Shown: piece after piece, positions 15,765 through 24,785 of the stretch | How the letters are laid out: every line of letters starts with the position of its first letter | How positions within the stretch are numbered: position 1 is the first letter of the stretch | NCBI GenBank assembly: GCA_964588235.1 | Contig: CAZPOZ010000002.1 | Span: 1-34,216 of the forward strand | Direction of reading: 5' to 3' | DNA from: an uncultured Planctomycetales bacterium | Lineage (GTDB): Bacteria; Planctomycetota; PLA2; JAEUHO01 | DNA: 34,216 nt | Notes under the pieces: model-generated | The model's input: only the letters and a program-made list of their open reading frames with translations | Databases searched by the model: none | What the model was told of the DNA's origin: nothing | Position numbers and translations under genes: made by a program

Positions 15765-17051
15765 ATGTCGGCATCCAAGGGCCTGGGCGTCCTGACGGTG
15801 GACCGTCTGCGTGCGGCGGTCGAGGGAGGTGTGGCCGCGATCCGGGCCCGAACCCGGCTGCAGCCGGCCGGAGGTCCCGGCGACAAGGTGTTTCCGCCGA
15901 CGTATGCCACCGGCGAGCGCGAGCTGCGCTACGCGGTCGAGACGCGACGGATCGGCGGGGGCGACGTGCCCTGTGTGCTCCTCGACTCCGTCGCCAGCCA
16001 AGCCAACCGCATGGAGGAGGCCCTGCTCCAGGCCTGGGAGGCGCAGCGCTTGCCGTTCCCCGTCGTGGCCGTGGACTTCAGTGCCGCCGAGGGGGTGCGG
16101 GACCTGGATCGAATCAGCACGCTGCAGGCTCCGCATCGCGTGTTCGACGCGCTGCTGCGCGACGCCGTGGCCGGCGAGGTGCTGTTCCGCGACACCCCCT
16201 TGGGCAGGCAGATCACCGACGCCTCGGTGCGCAACGCCACACCCCTCTACCGCGCGTGCCCGACGGCCCTGCTCTTCGGCGCGTGGGACTCGACCGGCCC
16301 GCGGGGGGGGCTGGGGACCAAGTTCCAGCGGGCCCTCGTGTCCGAGATCATCGGTGTGGGCGTCGTGGCCGGCGCGAAGACGTCGAGCCGCCTGGACCCG
16401 GCCGGCATCCAGGGGGGAGTCGCCGTGTACCACGCCAAGCGCGACCCCAACGACTGGACGACCGACGCTGCAGAGGCGCTGCAGGAGAAGGGCAAGCCCG
16501 TACCGTTCGGACGCAGCTCCGAGGGCAAGGGCCGTCCCTCCGCCATCAATCACTCGAACATCCCGCCCCAGGTGGACAGCCTGGCTGGCGGCGTGACCTT
16601 CGACCACGCGCTCCAGACGACGGTGCTGTCGCTGCCGGCGCTCCGGCGCCTGCGGTTCCCGACCGACGCAGCCGGCGCGCAGGTCGCACCGGAGCGCCGC
16701 GATGGCGTCGAGCGGGCTGCCCGGACGGCGCTTGCCGCGCTTGCGCTCGCCGCGGTGGCCTCGCATCGGGCGAGCGGGTTCGACCTACGCTCACGCTGCG
16801 CGCTCGTCCCCGAGGGACCGCTCGACCTCGAGCTCGTCCCGAGCGAGGGAGGGGCGTCTGAGCACGTGCACCTGGAGGCCGCGGCCGGATGGGCGTTGCT
16901 CGAAGCCGCGCACGAGGCCGCCCGCTCCGCAGGGATGGGCTGGGAGCGCGAGCCCCTGCGCCTCACCCCGGCTCCGAAGCTGGTGGACCTCATCCGCAGG
17001 AGCAGGGAGCTGGCCGCTCGGGGTGACGACGACGAGGGGGCGTCGTCCTGA
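15765..17051 (+). CDS. csb1: type I-G (I-U) CRISPR-associated Cas7 family protein Csb1 (GSU0053 family), 428 aa
   Basis: GGGAGG lies 8 nt before the ATG. Motifs I associate with the Csb1/GSU0053 family: GDKVFPPTYA, LLDSVASQANRMEEAL, LLFGAWDSTG. First gene of the cas operon. Confidence 0.85.
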   Translation: MSASKGLGVLTVDRLRAAVEGGVAAIRARTRLQPAGGPGDKVFPPTYATGERELRYAVETRRIGGGDVPCVLLDSVASQANRMEEALLQAWEAQRLPFPVVAVDFSAAEGVRDLDRISTLQAPHRVFDALLRDAVAGEVLFRDTPLGRQITDASVRNATPLYRACPTALLFGAWDSTGPRGGLGTKFQRALVSEIIGVGVVAGAKTSSRLDPAGIQGGVAVYHAKRDPNDWTTDAAEALQEKGKPVPFGRSSEGKGRPSAINHSNIPPQVDSLAGGVTFDHALQTTVLSLPALRRLRFPTDAAGAQVAPERRDGVERAARTALAALALAAVASHRASGFDLRSRCALVPEGPLDLELVPSEGGASEHVHLEAAAGWALLEAAHEAARSAGMGWEREPLRLTPAPKLVDLIRRSRELAARGDDDEGASS

Positions 17052-18718
17052 TGTTCGGTCTCGACTTCGAGCTGCTGACCGGTCGCTACACGGCATCGGC
17101 GTTCGACGATCGGCGCCGGTCCGAGTGGCCCCCTCACCCCGCCCGCGTGTACTCGGCCTTGGTGGCAGCCTGGGCGGAGGCGGGTGAGGACCCGTTGGAG
17201 CGCGACACCCTGGAGTGGCTCTCCACGCTGCCGCCTCCCCGCGTCGTTGCTGCGCTGACGGCGCCGGAGCGCGTGCTGCCCGTGTTCGTCCCCGTGAACG
17301 ACGAGCAGTCGGTGGCCGAGCCGCATGGCGCGCGGGAGGCCCTGGCCGAGGCCGAGCGCGCGCTCGCCGCAGCGTCGGCGGGCACGGAGCGCGAGCGGGG
17401 TCGTGCCTCGAAGGCCCTGGCACGGGCACACTCGCGCCTCCGCGACGACACCCAACGCGCCACGAGCGCCGGCGCCTCGATCTCTGGCGCTGACGTCCGT
17501 CGCGCACGGAAGGTGCTCCCGGAGGGGCGCACCCGTCAGGCCCGACACTTCGCCAGCGTGGCGCCCGAGCCCGCCCGGTTCGGGCTCCTCTGGGACGTGT
17601 CCCTGCCCGAGCGCTGGGTCCGTCCCCTGAGCGCGCTGGCTTCACGCGTCGCCCGCGTGGGCCACTCCTCCTCCCTCGTCCACGCGCGCGTCGTGACGGC
17701 CATCGAGGGCGCGGCGTTCGTCCCCGATCCCGCCGGATCGATCTCCCTCCGTGTGCCCCGGCCGGGGCAGCTGGCCGCGCTCGTGGCCGCGCATCGTGAG
17801 CACCAGGGGTGCGAGCCACGCATCCTCCCCTGCGGGTTCCTGCGCTATCGCCACGGCGACCTCCCCGTCGCAGCGACCCCGCCCCGCAGCGCGTTCGGGT
17901 CGGACTGGATCGTGTTCGCACGCGAGGGCGGTCCTGCCCCGGGCAGCCTGGCCACGCCGGCCATCGCCAACGCCTTGCGCGGTAGCCTGCTGCGCTACGC
18001 AGCGCAGCCCCCGCCGCTCGTCTTGAGTGGCCACGAAGCCGACGGCGCTCCCACGACGGCGCCTCACGCGGCCTTCGTCCCGCTGCCCTTCGTCGCTGCG
18101 CCCCATGCAGACGGTCGCGTGATGGGCGTGGCGCTCGTGCTGCCACGGGGGCTCAGCGAACACGAGCGACGTGCGGCGTTGCGCGCGGTGGGCGCCTGGG
18201 AGGAGGCGGTCCGCCCTTCAGACGCCGACCTTGACGAGCCTCCCCTGCTCAGACTCGTCATGGGGCGGGCGGGCGAGCTGCTGCTGCGGCGGCATGCCTT
18301 CGGTCCGCCCGCCCGCGCGGCGCTCGACCCCGCCACGTGGGTGGGGCCGTCGCGCCGTTGGGCCAGCGCCACCCCGCTGGCGCTGGATCGCCACCCAGGG
18401 GACTTGGACGCGAGCGGCCACGCCGCGCGCGCCAAGGCCTACGCCGAGGCCGAAGAGAGCGTCCGGCAGGCGTGCGAGCGGATCGGCCTGCCCCGCTGCG
18501 TCGGGGTGGACGTGCTGCGCTCGGCCGTGCTGCCTGGGTCGGAGAAGCCGATCCGCTTCGCGCCGTTCCCTGCCGGGACGGGGCGGACCCGCCGGTTGCT
18601 GGTACACGCCCGAATCGCGTTCGACGAGCCCGTGGAAGGCCCCGTGCTCCTGGGCGCCGGGCGGCACCTGGGCTTGGGGTTGTTCCGCCCCGTCGATGAT
18701 CCAGGGGCGCTTCGATGA
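17051..18718 (+). CDS. csb2: type I-G CRISPR-associated Csb2 (Cas5-Cas6 fusion-like, GSU0054 family), 555 aa
   Basis: ATG overlaps the cas7 TGA (TGATG). N-terminus GRYTASAFDDRRRSEWPPHPARVYSALVAAW matches my recollection of the Csb2 signature. Position directly after csb1. Confidence 0.8.
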   Translation: MFGLDFELLTGRYTASAFDDRRRSEWPPHPARVYSALVAAWAEAGEDPLERDTLEWLSTLPPPRVVAALTAPERVLPVFVPVNDEQSVAEPHGAREALAEAERALAAASAGTERERGRASKALARAHSRLRDDTQRATSAGASISGADVRRARKVLPEGRTRQARHFASVAPEPARFGLLWDVSLPERWVRPLSALASRVARVGHSSSLVHARVVTAIEGAAFVPDPAGSISLRVPRPGQLAALVAAHREHQGCEPRILPCGFLRYRHGDLPVAATPPRSAFGSDWIVFAREGGPAPGSLATPAIANALRGSLLRYAAQPPPLVLSGHEADGAPTTAPHAAFVPLPFVAAPHADGRVMGVALVLPRGLSEHERRAALRAVGAWEEAVRPSDADLDEPPLLRLVMGRAGELLLRRHAFGPPARAALDPATWVGPSRRWASATPLALDRHPGDLDASGHAARAKAYAEAEESVRQACERIGLPRCVGVDVLRSAVLPGSEKPIRFAPFPAGTGRTRRLLVHARIAFDEPVEGPVLLGAGRHLGLGLFRPVDDPGALR

Positions 18719-21612
18719 CCGTGGCGGCCCGCTTCGAGGCCTTCGTCCGCGGCGTGTACGGGCGCGCGCCCTACCCGTGGCAGGTGCGCCTCGCCGTGAA
18801 GGTGGTCGAGTCGGGCTGGCCCAGCCTCCTAGACCTGCCGACGGGCGTCGGCAAGACCAGCGCCTTCGACGTGGCGTTGTTCGCCCTTGCGGAGGTCCCC
18901 GAGCGGTCCCCCCGCCGCGTGTTCCTCGTCGTGGACCGCCGACTCGTCGTGGATCAGGCTGCCGCGCACGCACGCCACCTGAAGGAGCGGCTCTCCGCCG
19001 GTGCGGCCCCCGAGGTCGCCGAGCGCCTCCGGGCGCTCTCCGGCGGGCCCGAGCCCTTTGCCGTCACCCAGCTGCGCGGCGGCATGCCTCGCGAGGAGGC
19101 CTGGACGCGGCGGCCCGACCTCCCGCTTCTGGGGTCCTCGACCGTCGACCAGGTGGGTAGCCGGCTGCTGTTCCGTGGCTACGGCGTGAGCGAGCGCATG
19201 GCTCCCGTGCATGCGGGCCTCCTGGGCTGCGACACGCTGTTCCTCCTGGACGAGGTCCACCTGGCCAACCCGTTCGCCGAGACGCTGGCGGGCGTCGCGC
19301 GCATCAATCGCTCGAGCCGGGTGCTGCGGCCGCTGGTGGCCGTGCGCATGTCTGCCACCCCCGCCACCACCGCACCGGACGCCTTCAGGCTCGACGACGC
19401 CGATCGAGCCGACCCGCGCCTCGCGGCACGGCTCGGCGCGGCCAAGCCTGCTCGCCTGCGCGCTGTGCGAGTCGCGGGCGACGAGGCCAGGCGCCGTGAG
19501 ATGTTCGCACAAGCCCTTGCCGAGGAAGCCTGCGCTGGCCTTGCCGCCGGAGCCCAGGTGGTCGGCGTCGTGGTGAACCGCGTTGCGACCGCGCGCGCCG
19601 TCCACCGGCTCCTGGCTACGCAGATGCCGCGGGCCGACGTGGCCCTCCTCACCGGACGCATGCGCCCGCTCGACCGCGAGCTGCAGCTGCGCAACCTCGA
19701 CGTTCTGGGCCGCGCGGGGGGCGACCGTCCTCGCTCCGAGCGCCCATGCCCGCGGCCACTCGTGATCGTGGCCACCCAGTGCATCGAGGCGGGGGCCGAC
19801 CTCGACCTGGACAGCCTCGTCACCGAGTGCGCCAGCCTCGATGCGCTCCGCCAGCGCTTCGGACGCCTCAACCGGCGCGGTGAGCACGGCTCGGCAGCCG
19901 CCGCGATCCTGGCGCGCAGCGATCAGGTCGATCCGGAACAGCCCGACCCGGTCTACGGCGCGTCCCTGGCCCGAACCTGGCTGTGGCTCGACGGTCAGGG
20001 CAGCCCGATCGACTTCGGCGTGCTCGGGCAGCCCCAGCCGACGGCCGACGAGGCCTCCCGGTTGCTCGCGCCGAGCGCCCACGCCCCCGTCCTGCTGCCC
20101 ACCCACGTGGAGGCCTGGGCGCAGACGGCGCCCCGCCCGGACCCCGACCCCGAGGTGGCGCTCTGGCTCCACGGCCCCGAGCGGGGGCAGGCCGAGGTTC
20201 ACGTCGTGTGGCGCGCAGACGTCTTCGAGGCCGACCTCGGGGCGCTCACCTCGGGCTCGATGGAGGCCGCGACGGCGCGCGAGCGGCTGCTGTCGCTGCT
20301 CACAGCTTGCCCGCCCCACCCGCTGGAGGCGCTCACGTTGCCCCTCCATGCGGTCCGCTCGTGGCTCTCAGGACAGGCCGAGGACGGCTTCGTCAGCGAC
20401 CAGCTGGGGACGCAAGACGGCTCCGCTGACCTCGGTGAGCGCGCGGCGGCCGACGGTCGCGGGCGAACCGCGATCCGCTGGGACGGAGAAGGCGTGGAGG
20501 CCGCTGAGGCCGCAGACCTCAGGCCGGGCGACACGCTCGTCGTGCCCGCCGCTCGCGGCGGCATCGAGGCTTGGGGCTGGGCGCCCGAGGCCGTTGCGCC
20601 GGTGGCCGACCTCGGTGACGTCGCTCAGTGGATCGGTCGGGCGCGGGCGCTGCTGCGAGTCGAGGCCGGGCCCGTGAGGGGCTGGGGCCTGCCGGAGTCC
20701 GTGGCGGTGGCCGCAGCTGCCGTCGGCCAGGTCGCCGCGACGGACGAGGCCGAGGGCGATGCCGATGGCGGGTCAATGAGCGCGGCGTCCCGCGCGCTTG
20801 CGTGGGCGTCGCTCTTGACCGGGGTGGAGTCGGCCGGCCACCCTGAGGCGTGGCGCGAGGCGAGAGCCCGACTGCTGGCCGGGCGCGGTCCTCGTGTGCT
20901 CGAGCTGCCCGGGGGGGCGGTCGTCCTCCATGCCCGGCGCGATCCTGGCGAGGCGGCGACGACGGAAGGGGAGGAGGGCACCTTCCTCGGGCGTTCCGTG
21001 ACCCTTGCCCGGCACTCCGGCGACGTGGAGCGTTGGGCGCGCGCCTTCGCCCGTGCGCTGGCACTGCCGCAGGGGCTGGCCGAGGACGTCGCCCGGGCAG
21101 CCTGGCTGCATGATGTGGGCAAGGCCGACCCTCGCTTCCAGCGGCTGCTGGCCGGCGGCAGCGAGGTGCGGCAGGCCCTGCTGGACGAGCCCTTGGCCAA
21201 GGCCAGCGAGGGGCGCCTGGACCGGCGTGGGCGCCTGGAGGCGCGCCGCCGCTCCGGCTACCCGGAGAGCTGCCGGCACGAGCTGCTCTCGGTCGCGATG
21301 GTCGAGCGCACCGAGGGCGCCCTCGCCGGCGCGCACGATCCCGAGCTGGTGCTGCACCTCGTGGGCAGCCATCACGGCTGGTGCCGGCCGTTCCCCCCCG
21401 CGTTGGACGACCCTGAGGACCGGGTCGTGCAGCTCAGGCATGGCCAGACGACGCTCCAGGCCAGCACACGCCATCGGCTGGCACGCCTCGACTCCGGGGT
21501 GAGCGAGCGCTTCTGGGCTCTGTGCGAGCGGTACGGCCCGTGGGGTCTCGCTTGGCTCGAGGCCCTGCTGCGCCTGGCCGATCATCGCGCAAGCGAAGAG
21601 GAGGGCGCATGA
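18715..21612 (+). CDS. cas3: type I-G Cas3 helicase-nuclease with C-terminal HD domain, 965 aa
   Basis: ATGA overlap with csb2. Helicase motif I DLPTGVGKT, motif II FLLDEVHL. C-terminal HD nuclease motifs AAWLHDVGKADPRFQ, CRHELLS, VGSHHGWCRP. Having the HD domain at the C-terminus is the I-G/I-U arrangement. Confidence 0.9.
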   Translation: MTVAARFEAFVRGVYGRAPYPWQVRLAVKVVESGWPSLLDLPTGVGKTSAFDVALFALAEVPERSPRRVFLVVDRRLVVDQAAAHARHLKERLSAGAAPEVAERLRALSGGPEPFAVTQLRGGMPREEAWTRRPDLPLLGSSTVDQVGSRLLFRGYGVSERMAPVHAGLLGCDTLFLLDEVHLANPFAETLAGVARINRSSRVLRPLVAVRMSATPATTAPDAFRLDDADRADPRLAARLGAAKPARLRAVRVAGDEARRREMFAQALAEEACAGLAAGAQVVGVVVNRVATARAVHRLLATQMPRADVALLTGRMRPLDRELQLRNLDVLGRAGGDRPRSERPCPRPLVIVATQCIEAGADLDLDSLVTECASLDALRQRFGRLNRRGEHGSAAAAILARSDQVDPEQPDPVYGASLARTWLWLDGQGSPIDFGVLGQPQPTADEASRLLAPSAHAPVLLPTHVEAWAQTAPRPDPDPEVALWLHGPERGQAEVHVVWRADVFEADLGALTSGSMEAATARERLLSLLTACPPHPLEALTLPLHAVRSWLSGQAEDGFVSDQLGTQDGSADLGERAAADGRGRTAIRWDGEGVEAAEAADLRPGDTLVVPAARGGIEAWGWAPEAVAPVADLGDVAQWIGRARALLRVEAGPVRGWGLPESVAVAAAAVGQVAATDEAEGDADGGSMSAASRALAWASLLTGVESAGHPEAWREARARLLAGRGPRVLELPGGAVVLHARRDPGEAATTEGEEGTFLGRSVTLARHSGDVERWARAFARALALPQGLAEDVARAAWLHDVGKADPRFQRLLAGGSEVRQALLDEPLAKASEGRLDRRGRLEARRRSGYPESCRHELLSVAMVERTEGALAGAHDPELVLHLVGSHHGWCRPFPPALDDPEDRVVQLRHGQTTLQASTRHRLARLDSGVSERFWALCERYGPWGLAWLEALLRLADHRASEEEGA

Positions 21613-22568
21613 CCGCAGGGCTGGTCCTGACGGCGCTCGAGGGCTCGAACCCGCTGGCGTTCCTTGCGGCGCTCGGCGTGCTGCGGGCCGCCGATGACGC
21701 CGCACGACGGGCGGGTAGCGTGCGGCCGCGTCTCGCCTGGCGGGAGGAGCCGACGTGGAGGCCCGTGCTCCAGGGGGTGACGGACGCTGAGACGCTCGTC
21801 GCGCTTCTCGACGACGATCGCGCCTCGTGGGCGGAGGAGCCGGCGCTCACCTTCGCGTACACGAAGGACGGCGCGCGGGCCCCGGCGGGCGCCCGAGGAG
21901 CCGTTCGAGACCTCAAGCCGCCCCCGGCGCTCATGCGGGCGCTCTTGGTGGACGTGGCCGAGCGGGCCGCCGCCGGCGACGACCGCTCGGCCAGGCAGGC
22001 GGCGGCCTACGGCACCGACGTTGCGCGGGACCTGAATGGCAACACGAAGCCGACGGCGCTGCACTTCACCGCCGGGCAGCAGACCTTCCTGGGCGCCGTC
22101 GCCGAGCTGCAAGCTGCGGTAGATCGCGAGCTGCTGCGCCAGGCCGTTTTCGGCCCATGGGCAGCCACGAACGTCGTTCGCAGCCTGGGCTGGGACCCGC
22201 TGGGGGCCACAGCCGCACGTCCGTACGCCCTGCGACCCTCCAATCCGTCCGGCGAGAAGCGTCCGTGCGTGCCCGGGGCCGAGTGGTTGGCGTTCCGCGG
22301 CTTGGGCTGCTTCGCCGTCGTCAGCCGTGGGGGGGCAGTGCGGACGCCCGGAGTGGAGGGGGGGTGGAAGACCTCGACGTTCGCCTGGCCGCTCTGGACC
22401 GGTGCGATCAGCCTGCGGGTCGTCGAGAGCCTCCTACGCCTGCCTCGGTTGCGGGAGTTGGGGGCGACCGAGCGTGCCACGATGGGGCTGGGTGCCGTGT
22501 ACCAGGCGCCGATCGAGCGCAGCGACCAGGGTGGCTACGGCTCGTTCCGCCCCTCGCGCGCGCTCTGA
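21609..22568 (+). CDS. short Cas8-like subunit (Cas8g2/Csb3-like, resembles a reduced Csx17), 319 aa
   Basis: ATGA overlap with cas3. N-terminus LEGSNPLAFLAALGVLRA...RLAWREEPTWRPVL resembles the Csx17 N-terminal pattern (xxYLKALGVLRLV) as I remember it. Positioned between cas3 and cas4-cas1. The family call is from memory and has not been searched. Confidence 0.6.
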   Translation: MTAGLVLTALEGSNPLAFLAALGVLRAADDAARRAGSVRPRLAWREEPTWRPVLQGVTDAETLVALLDDDRASWAEEPALTFAYTKDGARAPAGARGAVRDLKPPPALMRALLVDVAERAAAGDDRSARQAAAYGTDVARDLNGNTKPTALHFTAGQQTFLGAVAELQAAVDRELLRQAVFGPWAATNVVRSLGWDPLGATAARPYALRPSNPSGEKRPCVPGAEWLAFRGLGCFAVVSRGGAVRTPGVEGGWKTSTFAWPLWTGAISLRVVESLLRLPRLRELGATERATMGLGAVYQAPIERSDQGGYGSFRPSRAL

Positions 22569-22577
22569 GCGTTGCAC

Positions 22578-24281
22578 GTGACGAGCGAGGCGACCCCGCC
22601 TCCGGCTGCCTCGGAGCCGGGCGAGCCCGACCTGATCCCGGTCCGCATGCTCAACGAGTTCGTCTACTGTCCCCGGCTGGCGCACCTGGAGTGGGTGCAG
22701 GGCGAGTTCGAGGACAACGCCGACACGGTGGAGGGACGCTTCGTCCATCGGCGGGTGGACCGTGCCGGAGGGGCGCTGCCGGAGCCCGAGACGACCGCCC
22801 TGCCGGCGGAGGCGCCGAAGGTGGCCCGCTCCGTGCTGCTCTCCGACCCGGCCCTCGGGTTGATCGCTCGCATCGACCTCGTGGAGACGGGCGGGGGCGG
22901 CGTGCGCCCGATCGACTACAAGCGGGGCAAGGGCCCCGACGTGGCGGAGGGGGCTTGGCTCCCCGAGCGGGTGCAAGTTTGCGCGCAGGGGCTGCTGCTG
23001 CGCGCCAACGGGTATGCCTGCGACGAGGGCGAGCTCTACTTCGCCGAGTCCAAGCGGCGCGTGACCGTGGGCCTGAGCGACGACCTCGTGGCGGAGACGC
23101 ACGCGGCCATCGCCGGGCTCAGGGCGAGCCTGGCCACCCGCGCCCTCCCCGCCCCCCTGGTCGACAGCCCCAAGTGCCCGCGCTGTTCGCTGGTGGGCAT
23201 CTGCCTGCCCGACGAGGTGAACCATCTGGCCGGTAGGGCAACACCGGAGGGCGGCGTGCGACGCCTGGGCCCTGCGCGCAACCTCAGGCTGCCGCTTCAC
23301 GTCGTGGAGCAAGGCGCCGTCTTGGGCAAGGATGGCGAGACACTCGCCGTCCGCCGCAAGGGCGAGCTCATCGGGCGTGTCCGGTCCAAGGACGTGGGCC
23401 TGGTCAGCCTGTACGGGAACGTCCAGGTGAGCACCCAGGCGCTGCGGCACCTGGTTGCGGAGGGCGTGCCCCTGTTCCACTTCACGTACGGCGGCTGGCT
23501 CTCGGCCGTCACGGAGGGCCTGCCCCACAAGAACGTGGGTCTGAGGATCGCCCAGTTCCGCGCGGCAGCCGATCCTGCGGCCAGCTTGGCCATCGCTCGG
23601 CCGATCGTGAGCGGCAAGGTGCGCAACCAGCGCACGCTCCTGAGGCGCAACCATCCGGAGCGCGGCGGGGCTGCCCTGGGCGAGCTGCGCCGGCTGTGTG
23701 GTGCCGCCTTGCGGGCCGCGTCGATGGAGACGCTGCTCGGGCTGGAGGGCGCGGCCGCCCGCACCTACTTCGCGGGGTTCTCGGCGATGCTGCGCCGCGA
23801 GGCGGGTCCGGCGTTCCGCTTCACGGAGCGGAATCGGCGTCCGCCGCGGGACCCGGTCAACGCCTTGCTCTCGTTCCTCTACTCGCAGGTGGTGCGTGAT
23901 GCGACGGCGGCGGCGATGGCGGCGGGGTTCGACCCGTACCTGGGGTTCTATCACCAGCCCCGCTACGGTCGGCCCGCTTTGGCGCTCGACCTGGCCGAGG
24001 AGTTCCGACCGCTGGTGGCTGACAGCGTGGCGCTGTCACTGGTGAACGGCGCCGAGGTGCAGGAGCACGACTTCACCGTCGCGCCTACGGGGACCAGCCT
24101 GACCGACGCGGGGCGGCGCAAGGTGCTCGACGCCTACGAGCGCCGGCTCGACTCGTTGGTCACCCATCCGGTGTTCGGCTACCCGATCTCCTACCGCAAG
24201 GTGCTCTACGTGCAGGCGCGCCTGTTGGCTCGTCACGTCCAGGGGGAGCTGCCCAGGTACGTGCCCTTCGTGACCCGGTGA
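22578..24281 (+). CDS. cas4-cas1: Cas4-Cas1 fusion protein, about 567 aa (alternative TTG start at 22572)
   Basis: Cas4 part: LNEFVYCPRLAHLEW (first Cys), IDLVE...PIDYKRGK (RecB-like D/E-x-K), CPRCSLVGICLPDE (Cys cluster). Cas1 part: LHVVEQGAVLGKDGETLAV, NALLSFLYSQV, DPYLGFYHQPRYGRPALALDLAEEFRP. Confidence 0.9.
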   Translation: MTSEATPPPAASEPGEPDLIPVRMLNEFVYCPRLAHLEWVQGEFEDNADTVEGRFVHRRVDRAGGALPEPETTALPAEAPKVARSVLLSDPALGLIARIDLVETGGGGVRPIDYKRGKGPDVAEGAWLPERVQVCAQGLLLRANGYACDEGELYFAESKRRVTVGLSDDLVAETHAAIAGLRASLATRALPAPLVDSPKCPRCSLVGICLPDEVNHLAGRATPEGGVRRLGPARNLRLPLHVVEQGAVLGKDGETLAVRRKGELIGRVRSKDVGLVSLYGNVQVSTQALRHLVAEGVPLFHFTYGGWLSAVTEGLPHKNVGLRIAQFRAAADPAASLAIARPIVSGKVRNQRTLLRRNHPERGGAALGELRRLCGAALRAASMETLLGLEGAAARTYFAGFSAMLRREAGPAFRFTERNRRPPRDPVNALLSFLYSQVVRDATAAAMAAGFDPYLGFYHQPRYGRPALALDLAEEFRPLVADSVALSLVNGAEVQEHDFTVAPTGTSLTDAGRRKVLDAYERRLDSLVTHPVFGYPISYRKVLYVQARLLARHVQGELPRYVPFVTR

Positions 24282-24290
24282 GGGGGAGGC

Positions 24291-24584
24291 ATGCGCAATC
24301 GCTACCTGATTTCGTATGATGTGAGCGACAAGCGGCGGCTGCGCCAGGTGCATCGGCTCCTGCGGGGCTATGGCGATCCTATCCAGTACAGCGTGTTCGT
24401 CTGCGACCTCGCTCGGCAGGAGCGCTTCCAGCTGCTCGAGCAGCTGGCCGACCTCATCCACCACCGCGAGGATCGCGTGCTCCTGGCTGACGTGGGTCCC
24501 GCCGGCGGCCGAGGGTCGGAGGCCTGGACGTTCCTTGGGCGTTCGATCCCCGAGCTGCCTGCTCCGGTTGCGGTCATCGTCTGA
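24291..24584 (+). CDS. cas2: CRISPR-associated endoribonuclease Cas2, 97 aa
   Basis: GGGGGAGG Shine-Dalgarno sequence just before the ATG. MRNRYLISYDVSDKRRLRQVHRLLRGYGDPIQYSVFVCDL is a classic Cas2 N-terminus. Confidence 0.92.
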   Translation: MRNRYLISYDVSDKRRLRQVHRLLRGYGDPIQYSVFVCDLARQERFQLLEQLADLIHHREDRVLLADVGPAGGRGSEAWTFLGRSIPELPAPVAVIV

Positions 24585-24785
24585 GGCGGCCTCGTCGCCG
24601 CCCGGCGCGGCGAGCGCCGAGGTGGTAGCCTGCCCCCCGGGGGGCGCTCGCAGCCGCAAGTCCTTGTGGCGACGCCCTTTGACAGCATGACAGTCGAAAC
24701 GGGGGCGTGTATGCTGGCGGTCGTGCCCACCTGCTCGCGAGCGCCTCCGCAACCCGTTGCCCATCAGCGAGATGCGGTCGGCGCT
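24585..24785 (+). promoter_or_regulatory. CRISPR leader (201 bp between cas2 stop and first repeat)
   Basis: Located on the cas2-proximal side of the array. The degenerate repeats are at the opposite end. Contains a 14-bp perfect palindrome GCCCCCCGGGGGGC (24632-24645) and a promoter-like hexamer pair. Confidence 0.65.
24687..24715 (+). promoter_or_regulatory. candidate pre-crRNA promoter inside the leader
   Basis: ATGACA (24687-24692), exactly 17 nt spacer, then TATGCT (24710-24715), about 70 nt upstream of repeat 1. A perfect TTGACA also sits at 24679-24684, but 25 nt from the -10. Confidence 0.3.

Noticed and set aside
16776-16785. tRNA T-arm-like strings (GGGTTCGACC at 16776-16785, GGGGTTCGACCC at 23924-23935)
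   Set aside because: Both lie inside well-supported CDSs (csb1, cas1). Neither has a flanking acceptor or anticodon-arm complementarity. No tRNA gene is supported in this window.
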